Assembly (NCBI RefSeq): GCF_036321535.1
Contig: NC_087437.1
Coordinates: forward strand, 63,366,001 to 63,430,000
DNA: 64,000 nucleotides
From: Camelus dromedarius
Lineage: Eukaryota
Reading direction: 5' to 3'
A model generated the notes under the pieces. That model was not told the DNA's origin, did no database searches, and saw only the letters and a program-made list of their open reading frames with translations. Below are positions 25,126 through 38,422 of this stretch, piece after piece. Numbering within the stretch: position 1 is the first letter of the stretch; each line of letters opens with the position of its first letter. Both the position numbers and the translations under genes were made by a program.

Positions 25126-27109
25126 AAGTTCTTGGTTAAGCTCAAACTTAACAAATTCTAATTTTAAGTCTTAATAACTGATAATGGAGAGTGGGTTAAA
25201 AAGGAGAGAAAGAGTGCCCATTCACAGTTCAGTTGAGATCTTCACACTAGGAGTCTTTGTAACTGCCTCATCATAGTCTCGGAAGAGTCAGTCTGGTCCC
25301 CAGTCTCAGCCTTCTCACAAGCCTTTTCTGATGTCCTAGAATGTGAAAAGCACGTGAAGTGTCCCCTAACCTCTGGCAGGATGAATCCAGTATCTCCTGA
25401 TATATACTGGGTGTAGAAAGGGAAGAAACTATCCTCCAGCATTTTGACACTATTCTACTGTCCTTTCTTGGATCTCTAGAGGTAATATACAAATTGTTCA
25501 TAATGGATTTAGTATTTGTGAATACGATTGAAGATGAAAGTTAGAATCTGAATCTGTTTTACCAAGTGTAGAGATCCCAGGAGCAGGGCTAAAGAAGCCA
25601 AAGAAATACTTGGTGCACATTCTTCTCTTATCCTTGCCACCCTTGGAGTGTAGTGAATCATCCAGAAATCTTCACTTTGCACTAACAGTGGCATTTATGT
25701 CAAGTGCTTTAAGTTATAAAAGCCTGCTTCAACTACCTGGAAGTAGGGCAGAATTGCAAAGCCTAGTAAGATGGAAAGGGCATGCAGCCACATCACAACT
25801 TAAGTATGTATTTAGTGCTCATATTGTGGGCCAGTCTCTTCAGCTAAACATTCATTCATTCATTCAATGAATAAGGGAATTGAAAGCTCTAATACGTGTC
25901 AAGTGCTGTTCTGGGCTCTAAGAATACAACAGTGAGCAAGACAGGTATTCTCTACCCCTAAGGAACTTACAGTGTGACACAAGCAAAGGATAAATGCCAT
26001 GAAGAAGAAAATGGGGTAAGAGGACAAAATGACAGAATTGGCTAAAATTTTAATTATTAGGGTGAGAGGACCCTTCTCAAAAATTGTTTTTAGGAGCCCA
26101 GGATTTAAGCATACCACTAGTTAAAGTTGGATTTGATTTGCGAGCTAACATTCCCTTAATCATTGATCATAATCAGTGTTAATTTTTTATTTCACTCTGT
26201 TCAGAATCACTTAAACAAATGGGTTCTGTGACTATATCACACATTGTATTTTGATGTTTTAGTACACATGTGTAGAGAACTGGGCACTATCTTATTTAAG
26301 GCTGTTGTCCTGAGTAGGGCCTCCCAGAGAATTACCAGAGATCGTAAGGTCTTGGGGACTTCTGTAGGACTTAAAGTTGGTTTTTGAAAGGACTTTAAGA
26401 GTCTTCTGTCTTATTCTTATACCCAGAGAGGGCATCTGTTTTACAGTCATACGTACCACCAGTAAGATCCCAGGTACACCGTTTGCCTGGACCATGCTAT
26501 AGTTCAGGCTCCTGACAAATTCTTACTCACCCTTCAAACCTGTGGTACTACTTCTGTACCCTGTATATACCCCTGCTGATGTGTGTATCAGTTTATATAT
26601 CAGCCTCTCCTACTCTACATGCTTAAGGGCAGCTGGCCAGGATTTATTCATCTTTGACACCCCCGTGATGCTTGGTGCCTATCAGATAGTAAGCAGTTAA
26701 TAACTGTTGTTGGCCTTAACTAAATCCTTGACAAATGGTCATCTAGGCTTCACTTCTAGGTAATTTCATGCAACACCTGGTTTATAGCTTTATTACACAC
26801 ATCTAAGCTCCTAGCATTAGCCTCCCTGTAACTTGTATTCTTTATACCTGTTATTTTCTGAAGCAAAATTCACTTGTTTAGCAAACAGTTTTACACTATG
26901 GCTTGTGCTGTGGAGAAGCAACAGATTCTTAAATCTTTAGGAGTGGAGATAGGGCAGAAACTTTTTTTTTTAATTCCTTATAAGGTTAATCTAGTCCACC
27001 AGCCTACCTCACTGATTTGTAGGAGGGATAAATGTAGGCAAAGCACTTTGACAGCTGGAGGGCAGTGTACAATCTGTGACTTACGACAACATTTAAAGAG
27101 CACTCACCC

Positions 27110-27372
27110 TGTGGAGAAAGGGAACCCTCTTACACTGTTGGGAATGTAAATTGGTGCAGCAATGGTGGAAAACAGTATAGAGGTTCCTTAAAATAAAAAT
27201 AGAGCTACTATATGATCCAGTAATCCCACTGCTGGGCATATATCTGGAAAAGATGAAAACTAATCCAAAAAGACTGCACCCCAGTGTTTATAGCAGCACT
27301 ATTTATAATAGCCAAGACATGGGAACAACCCAATTGCTCATCAACAGACGATTGGTTTAAGAAGATGTGCTA

Positions 27373-27465
<93 letters not shown>

Positions 27466-27905
27466 TATGCAGCCATAACAAAGAATGAAATAATGCCATT
27501 TGCAGCAACATTGATGGACCTAGAGAATATCACACTAAGTGAAGTCAGTCAGTCAGAGACACATATATATCCCTTACATGTGGAATCTAAAAAATAAAGC
27601 AAGTGAATCTATACACAAAACAGAAACAGACTCAGACATAGAAAACAAACTTACAATTACCAAAGGGGAAAAGGAGGAGATGGGAAGGGACAAATTAGGA
27701 GTTTGGGGATTAACAGATACAAACTACAACGTAAAATAGATAAGCAACAAGGATTTACTGTATAGCAGAGGGAACTATATTCAATAACCTATAATGGAAA
27801 ATAATCTGAAAAAATATATATATATATAACTGAATCACTTAGCTGTACTCCTGAAACTAACATAATATTGTAAATCCACTAAACTTCAATTAAAAAAATA
27901 ATAAT
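27110..27905 (+). mobile_element. 5'-truncated L1 3' end containing a (CA)n expansion
   Basis: gtggagaaagggaaccctc...gccatttgcagcaaca...cttcaattaaaaaa. Confidence 0.88.
27374..27464 (+). repeat. Perfect (CA)~45 microsatellite
   Basis: About 91 uninterrupted bases of AC repeat. Confidence 0.97.
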
Positions 27906-28559
27906 TAATAGCCCTCGCCATCCTGCTTGCCCACTTGTGAAGTCCTCCAGTTTGTCAAGGTCTTAAAATTTAAATCCGGCAATGAGCAATGAACTCCAGA
28001 TGTGATATGATCAGGCAGAATACAGTTAGCTTATCATTTCCTATGATCTAGTTAAAATTGTTTTAAAATGGGCAAAGATTGAGTTGGTTATCTTTAGCCA
28101 TCACAGTATACTACACATCATATTAAGGCTATAGTTAGTTTCCAGATAATATTCTTATTGTCATTCTTGGTGTGCCATCATGTTAGGACAGCTCAGGGGT
28201 CCCAGGCCCTGTCCAGCTAGAAATGAGCAGTAACTCAAAGACTGAGGTTATTGCCAAACAATTGGCCACAGCTGTCCCTAAAGGAAGAGCTCATATTTAT
28301 CACTCAAAGTGCTTGTTCTCCTTGAAGCCAGGTTTGTTCTTAGAGGCCATAAGGAATGGTGAAAAGAGCTAGATTGGGAGTCAGGATCCCTGGGTTCAGG
28401 TTCTACTGCTGTCTGTATGAACCCTTTTTTTCCAGTTATAAAATGTGAGGATTTGACTAAACGTTCTCTTTGGTCACCCCATGATTTAACAATCTATTTG
28501 GTAATGTATTCCTAGCATTTTGACCAAACGTGTCTTTCAGTTAGTTAACCATCAGGTTT

Positions 28560-28767
28560 TGCTCAGAGTATTTTGAACTATATATGAAGTAGGTCATTCT
28601 TCCAATCAGTGGGAAGGCCCTGCCAACTCCAAAGAAGATTTATATAAAGAAGGGAGGTTATTATTTGTCACATATGATTCAAAAAGCTCTGATATTCCTG
28701 GTATCTCTTAATAATTCCATATATCTCAGGACTAATATTTGAACATCATCATTTCTATTAGCATTCC
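28560..28767 (-). pseudogene. Tentative decayed exon P10: (W)NANRNDDVQILVLRYMELLRDTRNIRAF*IICDK (3' end uncertain)
   Basis: TAAGTAG acceptor; the phase-1 reading continues P9 for 28 open codons. Confidence 0.45.
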
Positions 28768-29598
28768 CTACTTAGAAGTTTAAAATACTCCTGGTATAAA
28801 ACACTGTGGATAGTTTTGGTTTTATGTTTTACAGACGTCAACTTTTACAGATAAAAGGGGACTTACGATCATCTAGTCCAATCTCAGTTTTAGAAATAGG
28901 GAAATCGAAGCCAAAAATATTAAAGACATTTGCTCAAGTTCCCACAGCTAACACCTTGACCCGGATATTGTGATTCTCCGTCTGTTTTCTTCACTATGGT
29001 GTCTCCTGGATATCAGCTGAATCTCATGATCACTTAAACTGCTGGGGCCTCAGATCTGTCACCAAAATCTAGCTGTATGCCTTTTTCTCTACTAGCACAG
29101 TCTAATAATAAGAAATTCCTTCTGTAATTTATTGTGAGGATTAAATAAGTGAAAAATGCTTTGTGAACTATCAACACTATATAGTTGATAATGGTCACTA
29201 ATTGTATATAGTTGGTCTACATGTATATATGTGTATGTGTGTGTGTGTTGTACTAGAAATTTAAGGTTTTATTTTTGCTTTATGAAAGGCACACAATGTT
29301 CTTAAATTCTGTTTGGCATGTGGCAAATAATAAAACAATTTTCCCACCTATCACTTGGCCAATTCCATTAAAAGTCATTCAAACTTGTTTTTAAAGTAGA
29401 TGGAAAAAGTTACATGAGTTGGTTCTCCCACCAACACTGGCACTCACAGTGAGTTCTGACATTTCCAGGACCCCAACACTATCTTCTCTTCAGCCAGAGA
29501 GTAAGAGGGCTCCTTTTCCATGGAGATAAGGAGACATGCAGAGGTATGACAGACTATCCAGAGGGAAAATTTTGTCCCCTTTGGAGCTGGAGACTTAC

Positions 29599-29717
29599 AT
29601 ATTTGTTCAAATCTAAAACAAGGAATGTTGTCCACAGCTCAATAGAGAGCACACATCCAAGGTACATATTTTTATCCCACCATCCTTTGCAGATTATTCT
29701 GCACTTGGCTGTGAGCT
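29599..29717 (-). pseudogene. Candidate decayed exon P9: AHSQVQNNLQRMVG*KYVPWMCALY*AVDNIPCFRFEQI (alternative open frame LTAKCRIICKGWW...LNKY)
   Basis: CCTAG acceptor and GTAAGT donor; either frame can be chained in phase to P8 and P10. Confidence 0.55.
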
Positions 29718-30109
29718 CTAGGCCCAGAATAGGGTAGGAGACCAGAATCAAGTATTTTTAAAAGTCAGCAGCTCCAAAACAAGCAGAACAGACCCTTTTG
29801 GAGGTTAGTAGTTTGTGGTTTGGTGAGAAGAAAGGAGTAAAGGGAAAATTTTTAAATCCAGAGCCTCAATGGTAGGAAAGAAAATTAATCTTTTTTTCTC
29901 TCTCTTTTTTTTTTAAGTCAATACTATGAGACTTGCTGTCTTAAACTAGGGAGATAGATTAGTGGAAGATGGGACACAAGCTAGAACAAGTTAATAAATA
30001 TTTGAGTAAGTATGTCTTCACCATTTAGAGCAGTGACCTATATACCACCACTTCACCCTTCCCCCACACAAAGCTAATGATCATTTTTTTCATGACAGAC
30101 TGAACTCAC

Positions 30110-30342
30110 TTGTCATCACCTTTTCCCTCCCCCCATCTCAACTGGTCTAAAAATCCATCTGGTCAGATTTCTGTAATAATAGATGACACATAAAGCAACT
30201 TCTCTTGTCCCCTAACTTAACCCAGAAAGAGTATGAGAATTTAAACTGTAGTTTTGTATCTTTGGCCAAAGTTTGAGAAAAGGTCATGATAGATCACTGA
30301 TGAATATAAGACACTAACTTGAACAGGCACTGATAGTTAAGT
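30110..30342 (-). pseudogene. Candidate decayed exon P8: LNYQCLFKLVSYIHQ*SIMTFSQTLAKDTKLQFKFSYSFWVKLG /fs?/ QEKLLYVSSIITEI*PDGFLDQLRWGEGKGDD
   Basis: CTTTCCCATAG acceptor and CAA|GTGAGT donor; long open stretches. Confidence 0.6.
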
Positions 30343-33300
30343 CTATGGGAAAGTTCGTTTTATTAACGGTGCATTAGAAGAGAATGAGCCCTGGATTGGA
30401 AGTCAGGTGAACAAGTGACTATCTTCATAGTCTATGTGACCTTCAACCGTTTATAATTTATTAGTTCTCTACTGTGTGCCACATTGAGCATTTAAAGACC
30501 AAAGTGTGCCTCTGAGGAACCTAGAGCCCCAGGACCTGCCAGATGAGGTAATATGATCTTAATGACTCTCTGCAGCTCAAAATGCTACAGCTTCCAAGGA
30601 GAAGGTTCCCAACACCAAAGGAAGTAGGCACACAGTGCTCATGGACACTCACTGTGGGGTCATACAGAATTTTAGCTTTGAATTGCTGTGCTTTGTCTTT
30701 TCCTTTAACACTCCTATCTCAGGTGCCCTCCATATTTATTTCTCTTCTAGATAATATCACTTTCAAAGAGATTGTGTGGTGCTTCTCTGAGGACTTGAAT
30801 ATTTTTATTTCACCCTCACATTTAAACTATAGTTTCCATTGGATTTCAGTGTGAAGATGGTAGTTTAAAGTTGTCCTTTCCCCTTTCTTTTGTAGAAATC
30901 AAAACCAACAAGAGGAGTACAAGCTCCATTTGTGGGGAAAACTAGGAGACAGCTCTAAAACCAAGCCACAAATGAGCCAGAAGAACTGCCAAAAGCAGTA
31001 GTTATCAAGCTGGGTCTATATGAAAGGAAACAGACAGGGAATGCTACAGCTCCAGATAGCAGAATGAGCTAGCAGAGTACACTGCTCAATGATGAGCAGC
31101 TCACCCAGAGGGAAAAGTTGTAAAGCCTTAATTTACGACAATGGGAAGAGGATCCATAGTTTTTACATTGGGGGAAAGTATAGATGCCTATTGCTATGTG
31201 GAGAAAGAACACTGAACAAGTCACTGCTCAAAACTCTGAAGATTAAGGAAAATTCTAGCCCTTCTTACATACAAGCATTCTGCAAATAGCTGATGCAGGT
31301 AAACCTTCCTTATCTGCTTCAAAAAACAAAAACGAAAACACAAAAACAAGTCATCAAGAAGGACCAGCAGAGGATCTATACAGAACATTTTGAGAAAAGA
31401 AGAAGAAAGAAATAGAAAAATAAAACTGTAAATTAAAAGTACTTATCAGAAAAAAATGTTACCATAGAGTAGATAAAAGTTCTGACTAAATATTTGGTCA
31501 TGAATTTTAAAAACTGATTTAAACAACTATTAATTCACATCAAGAGCACCAAACAGAGAAGCAAAAAGTTAGGGACAAGGTGATGAGACAGTGGGAGGAA
31601 CGGAAGCATGGGGTTGGCAGAATTTAGGAAAGAAATGGAAGGAGAAAATGAAGCCACCTCAGAAATGAAGGCAAAATTGAAAGTAAGCCGAGGGAAAATC
31701 AGATTTAAAACATTGATTTTGATGTAAAATCCTAAGTTTGACTTCTTTACCTTTAGCCCTTTGCACAGATGTTCCACTGTTGCCTTCTGGCTCCCAGTGT
31801 GGCTATGAAGAAGCCTGTTGGAGCAGATCCTTGTGTGGCTTTGAAGGTGATACAGTTTTCTCTCTGGAAGCCTTTAGAATTTTCTCTGGCTTTGATTTTA
31901 AATGTCACTCTAATGAATATTAGTGTTTTTTGATTTAATGTCTCCTGTTAGTGCTCTGTGAGCTCTTTAAATCAGTGATCTTATATCTTTTTCTAATTCT
32001 GGAAAATTCTCAGTCATTGTTTCTTCAAATATTTCCTTGTAATTTGTTTTTCTCTCTACTTTGATTCCTATTATGCGTCTCCTTCAAACCTATGTGTCTC
32101 TTAACTTTTTTCTTATTTTGACCATCTGTATCTATTCTTAACTCTTCTGGGGAAGGTTTCCTGACCTGATCTTTCATCTCACAATTTGCTCTTCAGCTAT
32201 ACCCATTCTGCTGATAATTTATTAGGTTCTTAACTTCAGTTGTTACAATATTCACATAGTTTGTTCTTCTTTATAATTGCTTGTTTCTGCTTCATTTTTC
32301 CACTACTCCCTCTTATATTGTTAAAATATTTATTACATGTGTTTTAAATTCTTGTCCATCTAGTCCATTGTTTCTGTTTCCTTTAGCATGGACTGTTAAG
32401 CTTGTGCACCTTGTTTGTATCATTCTTTCCCCCTGTAAGCACATAACCTTGGGAATATTAGCTACATAGACAGGTAATGTATACTTGGGTTAGGAGATTG
32501 AAATCCAGATTCTAACTCAGATCCCTCATGATGAGTTTATAGAATGTATCTCATGTCCTGGGGTGGTGGTCATAGCAGTAGGAAATATTCCTTGGACCAA
32601 TGACTTCTGTTATTTCAGTCTGGACATGATCACTCCCTACCCACATGAATTGACTTTTCCTGTATCTCCTCTCTCAGCTCTGCTTTTTTTCAAAAGCTTC
32701 CTCCCTACGATTGGGATATGAATTAGGGCTGCTCAGGGATCAAGACAGTTATCTGTGCCTGTTGTCAGCTGCTCTCCTAGCCAGACTCCAGCTCTGCCAC
32801 AACGATATGCATACATCCAGTGACACTGTGCTGGCATTACTCTTCTGCCCCACAGAGATGATGAGGTGAGCAGTGACTTACCCAGAACAGTGTGGAGGAG
32901 GGAAGAAAATATGAGATTGTATTTTTGCAACTCATCCTCTGACTGGCCATCTTCAATTCTAGGCTGCCATTTTCCATTTGCATTTGGAATGCAACCACTT
33001 CCTATCTTCCTGAAAGGTTCTTGTTTTATTATTATATTCTGTTATCCATTAACCTGTCTGTCGCTTCTGTAGCATTTCTAGGGTGGGTTCTAAAGGGAGG
33101 CCAGCATGTTTGTTTCCTATCTTGTCCTCCCCCACTAATGTGTAATGTCATCTCTGTCACTCCCAAGTTTCTCAGTATCTGTGGCTGTATTTCTACTCTC
33201 TCTAGTCTGTTTCATTTATGTATTAACTGCTTCTGTGCAATACCACACTGTTTTAATTACTGCAGATTCATAACATCTTGATATCTGATAGGGTGATTTT

Positions 33301-35270
33301 TTCTTCTTATTCATGACTATTCTGGGCCTTTTACACTTTTGTGTGAATTCAGGGATCAGTTTATCAAGTTCTGTGAAAAATCCACTTTAGTTTTACAGGC
33401 ATTGCTTTGAATTTACAGGTTAATTTGGAGAATTGCCATCTTTGTTATATAGAGACTTCTAATCCATTAATATTGTATAATGCTCCACTTATTTACCCCA
33501 TAGAAATCCTGTTAAACTTTTGTGGGGTTTATTCCTAGGCATCTTATAGCTTTTGTTGCTATTGTAAGTCACCTTTTTTTTTTTCGCTTTTTATACAATG
33601 AAAAACCTTTATTTTTTTCTAATCGTACTTAAAAATACTCATTGTGAACACCTGATTCTTATATAAAATACAAAAAAGAAAGTAAATCCTACCCATCATC
33701 CTGAGGTTAAAATGTTGGTTTTTTCCTTTCAAGCATTCTTTACACATGCAACATACACACCCAAATAAATGTGCATATATAGAATCATATCATGCTTGCT
33801 TTTTTTATAACACCTTTTCGCTCTCTACCTCCTCTCCCCATATTAGCCCCTTTCCTTTTCCCTAGCCACACACCTGTAACCTATATTCATAACCAATATT
33901 TTCCCCATGCTCATAAAATCCTACATGGATCCCTGTATTTATAGAGATTTCAGGGAGTTGATCATTGTTTTGCAAAGGTGGGTCGTATTGTACACATCTT
34001 CCTGTATTTTTATTTTCTCACACTTAGAAGTGCCTATGAAAATTCCTCTAGATGAGTAGTAAGTCATTTATATGGACCTAATTCATTCTTTTCAACGGCT
34101 GCTTAATATTGCATGATATGGAGATGTAATGCTACAATTCAATAATTTGGGTCAGTTGTATATAATAGAAACTAGTCATTTTAAGTAGAAAGTGATTGAA
34201 TGTGGGAAATTCGGGACTTACCAAATCAGTAGAGGGACCCAAGTAGCAGGCTATAGGCTGGACCTCCAGGGATAACTCCACGACAGTCCCACAGAACCTG
34301 CCCCCCCAAGGGAACTGTAATGTCCATCACAGGAAGCTGCTGTCTCAGCTGCTGGTTCCAGAATCATGCCACCTACCAGCTTGGTGGTCAGGGAACTATC
34401 ACCAGAACTTTTGATTCCAGCCCCATACCGCATCTGTCAGAACTGTACTAACACATCTGACTGGTGAAGTTAATTCACAACCTAGAACACTAGTTTCAAG
34501 GGAGTCTGGGAAATATGCCTAGTTTTTCAGCCTCTGCAAACTAGAAAGACACACAAGAAAAGGGTTAACTAGAGGGAGAATGGAACAATCTACCAAATCT
34601 GCTGTAGATTGTAGATTGCTGCAGATAGCTGTAGATTGGGTGCCCTTATGAACAGTTTCACGGGAAACATACCTGTCATGTGGACTTGTGGGTTTCCACT
34701 TCTATTCCTAAGGAAGGAATAGGGTCCCAGGAATAGAATTTCTTGGACAAGCGATGTATGTATTTTAAAAGATAGATCTTGCCAAATTGCCTTCTGAAAA
34801 GGTTATAAAACTTTACATTTCTGCCAGCAATGTGTGAGAATTGCCTTCATACACACTACACAATCAGCAATAGGAACTATGGCTTGGTGTGTGTGTGTGT
34901 TTGCTTTTTATTGTGGAGAATTTCAAACATGCACAAAAGTAGGCACATAATATAATGAATTCTCAGGTTGCCATTTGGCAGCCCATTTGGAACCATCCAC
35001 CTATGGCTGATTCTGTCCCACCCACTTCCCCCTGTTTCATGTTATTTTAAAGCAAATTCCAGATACCATATTACTTCACTTACAAATATAAGTACAAATG
35101 TATGTCTAAAAGATAAAATAGCACAATATTACTATAATATCTAAAAAATTAATAATAATTATTAAGTATTCAGCCAATGTTTACATTTTGTTTGAGAAAG
35201 TTTCAAATAAGGCCCATAAATTGCAACTAATTAGGATGTTCTATGTGTATTTAAATTTATAGTCTGTCCC

Positions 35271-35327
35271 TCACGGACACAGAAAACAAACTACGGTTAC
35301 CAAAAGGGAAAGGTGGGGAGGATAAAA
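35271..35327 (+). mobile_element. 57-bp internal L1 3'UTR fragment with A-tail and degenerate TSD
   Basis: Resembles 27630-27695; flanked by AAATTTATAGTCTGTCCC and AAAATTACAGTCTCTCCC. Confidence 0.7.
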
Positions 35328-36022
35328 AAAATTACAGTCTCTCCCACCATCTTTTTGTTCCTTACAATTTGTTAGAACAACCAGGTTGTCAGTGCCGTGA
35401 TGTTTCCTGCAGTCTGAATTTTGCAGGTTGCATCCCTATATTGTAGTGAAATGTTTTCCTCATCCTAGTTATTTCCTGTGAGTTGGTAGTGGAATCTAGA
35501 GGCTTGGTCAGATTTGGGTTGGACCTTTGTGACAAGAATAATTCATAGATGGCATCTGTCTGTTTCCTCCACTGGGACTCACATAATGTTTGGTTGTCTT
35601 TCTGTTTGTGATGTTAGCAACCAGTGTCCAGATCCATTAGGGTTGCAAAATGATGACCATCCAACTCTATTCTTTTTCATTTGTGGCATAGACTACATCT
35701 ATAAAGAGAAACTTCCTCACCTCTGCTGTTTGGTTATCCACTGGTAAAGTTCATTTACATAAGATAAGAAAATGCTTGATTCTTTCCAGTTATTTACCAG
35801 TTTTCAAAATAATGAATTGGATCCCTAGCATCCTTCAACGGTGATTTGTTTTTTAGTATCGCTATGAATTAATGGATTAAATTTATTTGAGGTGTTCAGT
35901 CCATTGTATTTATAATTCTTATGGATACTTAAGTTGTCCCACATTAGATTAGTGGAAGCTTTGCTATGGCTGATTTTGTTTTTGCCAGTGTGATAGGTGT
36001 CAAGCAATTTTATGTTACTTTC

Positions 36023-36486
36023 TTTTTTTTTTTTAACGTATTTTTTATTGAGTTATAGTCGTTTTACAATATTGTGTCAAATTCCAGTGTAGAGCACAAT
36101 TTTTCAGTTATACATGAACATACATATATTCATTGTCACATTTTTTTTGCTGTGAGCTACCACAAGATCTTGTATACATTTCCCTGTGCTGTACAGTATA
36201 ATCTTGTTTATCTATTCTGCTTATGCCTGTCAGTATCTACAAATTTTGAACTCCCAGTCTGTCCCTTCCCACCCCCAGCCCCCTTGGCAACCACAAGTTT
36301 GTATTCTTGTCTATGAGTCTGTTTCTATTTTGTATCTATTTATTTATTTATTTATTAGATTCCACATACGAGCGATCTCATATGGTATTTTTCTTTCTCT
36401 TTCTGGCTTACCTCCTTAGAATGACATTCTCCAGGAACAGCCAAGTTGCTGCAAATGGCGTTATGTTGTCGTTTTTTATGGCTGAA
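36023..36486 (-). mobile_element. Young L1 3'-end insertion
   Basis: polyT followed by ttgagttatagtcgttttacaatattgtgtc..., similar to the 5654 element; TACTTTC flanks both sides. Confidence 0.88.
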
Positions 36487-37499
36487 TACTTTCATTTTTA
36501 TTTCCCTGATTTCTGGAGAATTTGATCATATCCATATGTTTATTGAGCCTTTTGGCTTTATTTGCTAGTGAATTGTTTATTTGCACACTTTGCACAATTT
36601 TCTATTCTGTTATTGGTTTTGTCTTATCAGTTTTTAGGATTGCTTTTATAGAAAGTAATCCTTTGTGAGAACATAGTAGTACAAACATTTTTCCAGACGT
36701 ATTGATTGCTGTTAATTTTGTATTGCCATACCAAAAAATGTTATTTGTGTATGGTCAAATATGCCTGTCTTTTATTTGATAGTTTCTTGGTTCTTGGTAA
36801 GGAAAGTCTCCCCAAACTACAGATAATCTCCTAGACATTTTATTCAAGTTTTAAAATTATTTTTCTTTTACATTGAAATCTTTAATCCATTTGCAATTTA
36901 CTTTTGAATTTAGTATAAGATAGCAATCCACTTCTATTTTCTTTCAGATGGGTAGCTAGTTATGCCTGCATTTTTTTTAATAGTTCATGTTTTCCCCACT
37001 GAACTACCAGTTTGGCACACAAACATTTCTAGTAGCCCCTGTAATATAATTATCAATTATTTACTGTCTTCCACAAATACATTTTTATACACCCTTACCA
37101 ATGCCATATTGATTTACATACATAGACTTTATAGTATGACTGATACCTTAGTAAGCCCCCATATATACTCTCTCTTTTCTTACTTTATTATAGTTACATT
37201 AGCTATTTTTTGGCATTCTTTTTCTATTGAGTTTTAGAATCATTTTATCTAATTCCAAGAAAAACCTTGCTGGAATTCTAATTGGAACTTCATTAAATTT
37301 ATATATTAAAATTTCCAGAATTAACAGTTTTTTGTTGTCTTTCCTTCTAGGAGCATGATATGACTTTCAGTTTATTAAAGTCCTGTTCTGTGTCTTTTAA
37401 TAATTTTTTTCCCCTCAGTTTGCTTCAATATAGGTCCTGAATCTATCTTGTTACATTTACTTGTAAGTATTTAGAATTTTTGTCACTGACACAATTTGA

Positions 37500-37965
37500 A
37501 TGGATTTTTATTGGCAGCATGAAGATTATGTAGGCATAAGAAAGAACTTTTCAGACAGACTGTCCAGTCACTAGAACTCGTAACTGAATTGCAAGCTCCA
37601 TCTTCCATTATTAGGAAGGAAAGGTGGATATGTGTCTCTCTAAGACCTTTTCCATAAGATCTTGCTGAGAGGTAAGGGGAGGGATCAGATGAGCCCTGGA
37701 AGGCCTACAAAGAAGAGGAACCTAGAATGTTGCTGTTTTACCCAACCTCCTAATGTCAGCCTTCTGTTCATGTGAGGGCTCTTGACTTAATTAGCCAGTT
37801 TTTCCAGTGGGTACGTGGACATGTAGGAGACCATTATAAAACATTTTGGGATAATTCAGGGTAAAAATTTCCCAAAGAAGGATTTCTTTTGTTTGTTTTT
37901 TTCCTCTTAGAAATTCTGTTTTGCTTTATGATATAGTTTGGTTGTTTTGTTTTTGCAATAAATAC
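37500..37965 (-). pseudogene. Tentative decayed exon P7: VFIAKTKQPNYIIKQNRISKRKK...ELSQNVL* ... QQDLMEKVLERHISTFPS**WKMELAIQLRVLVTGQSV*KVLSYAY
   Basis: Phase-0 AG 68 nt after the P6 donor (poor pyrimidine tract); long mostly open stretches; 3' end abuts old L1. Confidence 0.4.
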
Positions 37966-38033
37966 CTTTTTGTTTATTTACACACATAAGTGATTACAGT
38001 AAATGTACTCATTCATTCACTTTGTGTACTCAC

Positions 38034-38116
38034 GAATAATGGAAAGAATTTTAGCCCACTGGAGGCCAGAGTATTGAATTTGGTATGACATGATTGAATA
38101 ACTAATTGATATTCCA
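38034..38116 (-). pseudogene. Candidate exon P6: (V)EYQLVIQSCHTKFNTLASSGLKFFPLF
   Basis: TTCAG acceptor and GTGAGT donor; fully open; phase-1 start matches the end of P5. Confidence 0.65.
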
Positions 38117-38422
38117 CTGAATAATGTTACCATTTGTGGAACAATTACTATGTACCAGGCACTCTGCTAATCTGTTTTGCAGGGCATCTTCTCATTCAAT
38201 CTTCAAAACAACACTGTGAAGTGGACAGGATTTATTTCATTTGTATCTCATTTTTAACAATTGGGAAATTAAGGCCCAGAAGAATTTAAGTTACTTGTCC
38301 AAGATCATACAACTAATTAATGACAAAGTTTCCATGCAAGCCAAGAGGCTGACTCAGAAGATCTTACCACTATACTATACTCCTTTCACACAGAGAACTT
38401 GAGGTGGAAATGTATGACTTGC

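Larger units (their letters stand above)
30850..37490. mobile_element. Block of old L1/HAL1-like and LTR remnants in both orientations
   Basis: + strand ORF1-like A-rich sequence (~30850-31715); antisense L1 (~31720-32360, ~33200-33570, ~36530-37490); LTR-like ~34150-34600; boundaries approximate. Confidence 0.55.

Noticed and set aside
27367..27597. His/Thr repeat protein ORF
   Set aside because: Translation of the (CA)n microsatellite within an L1.
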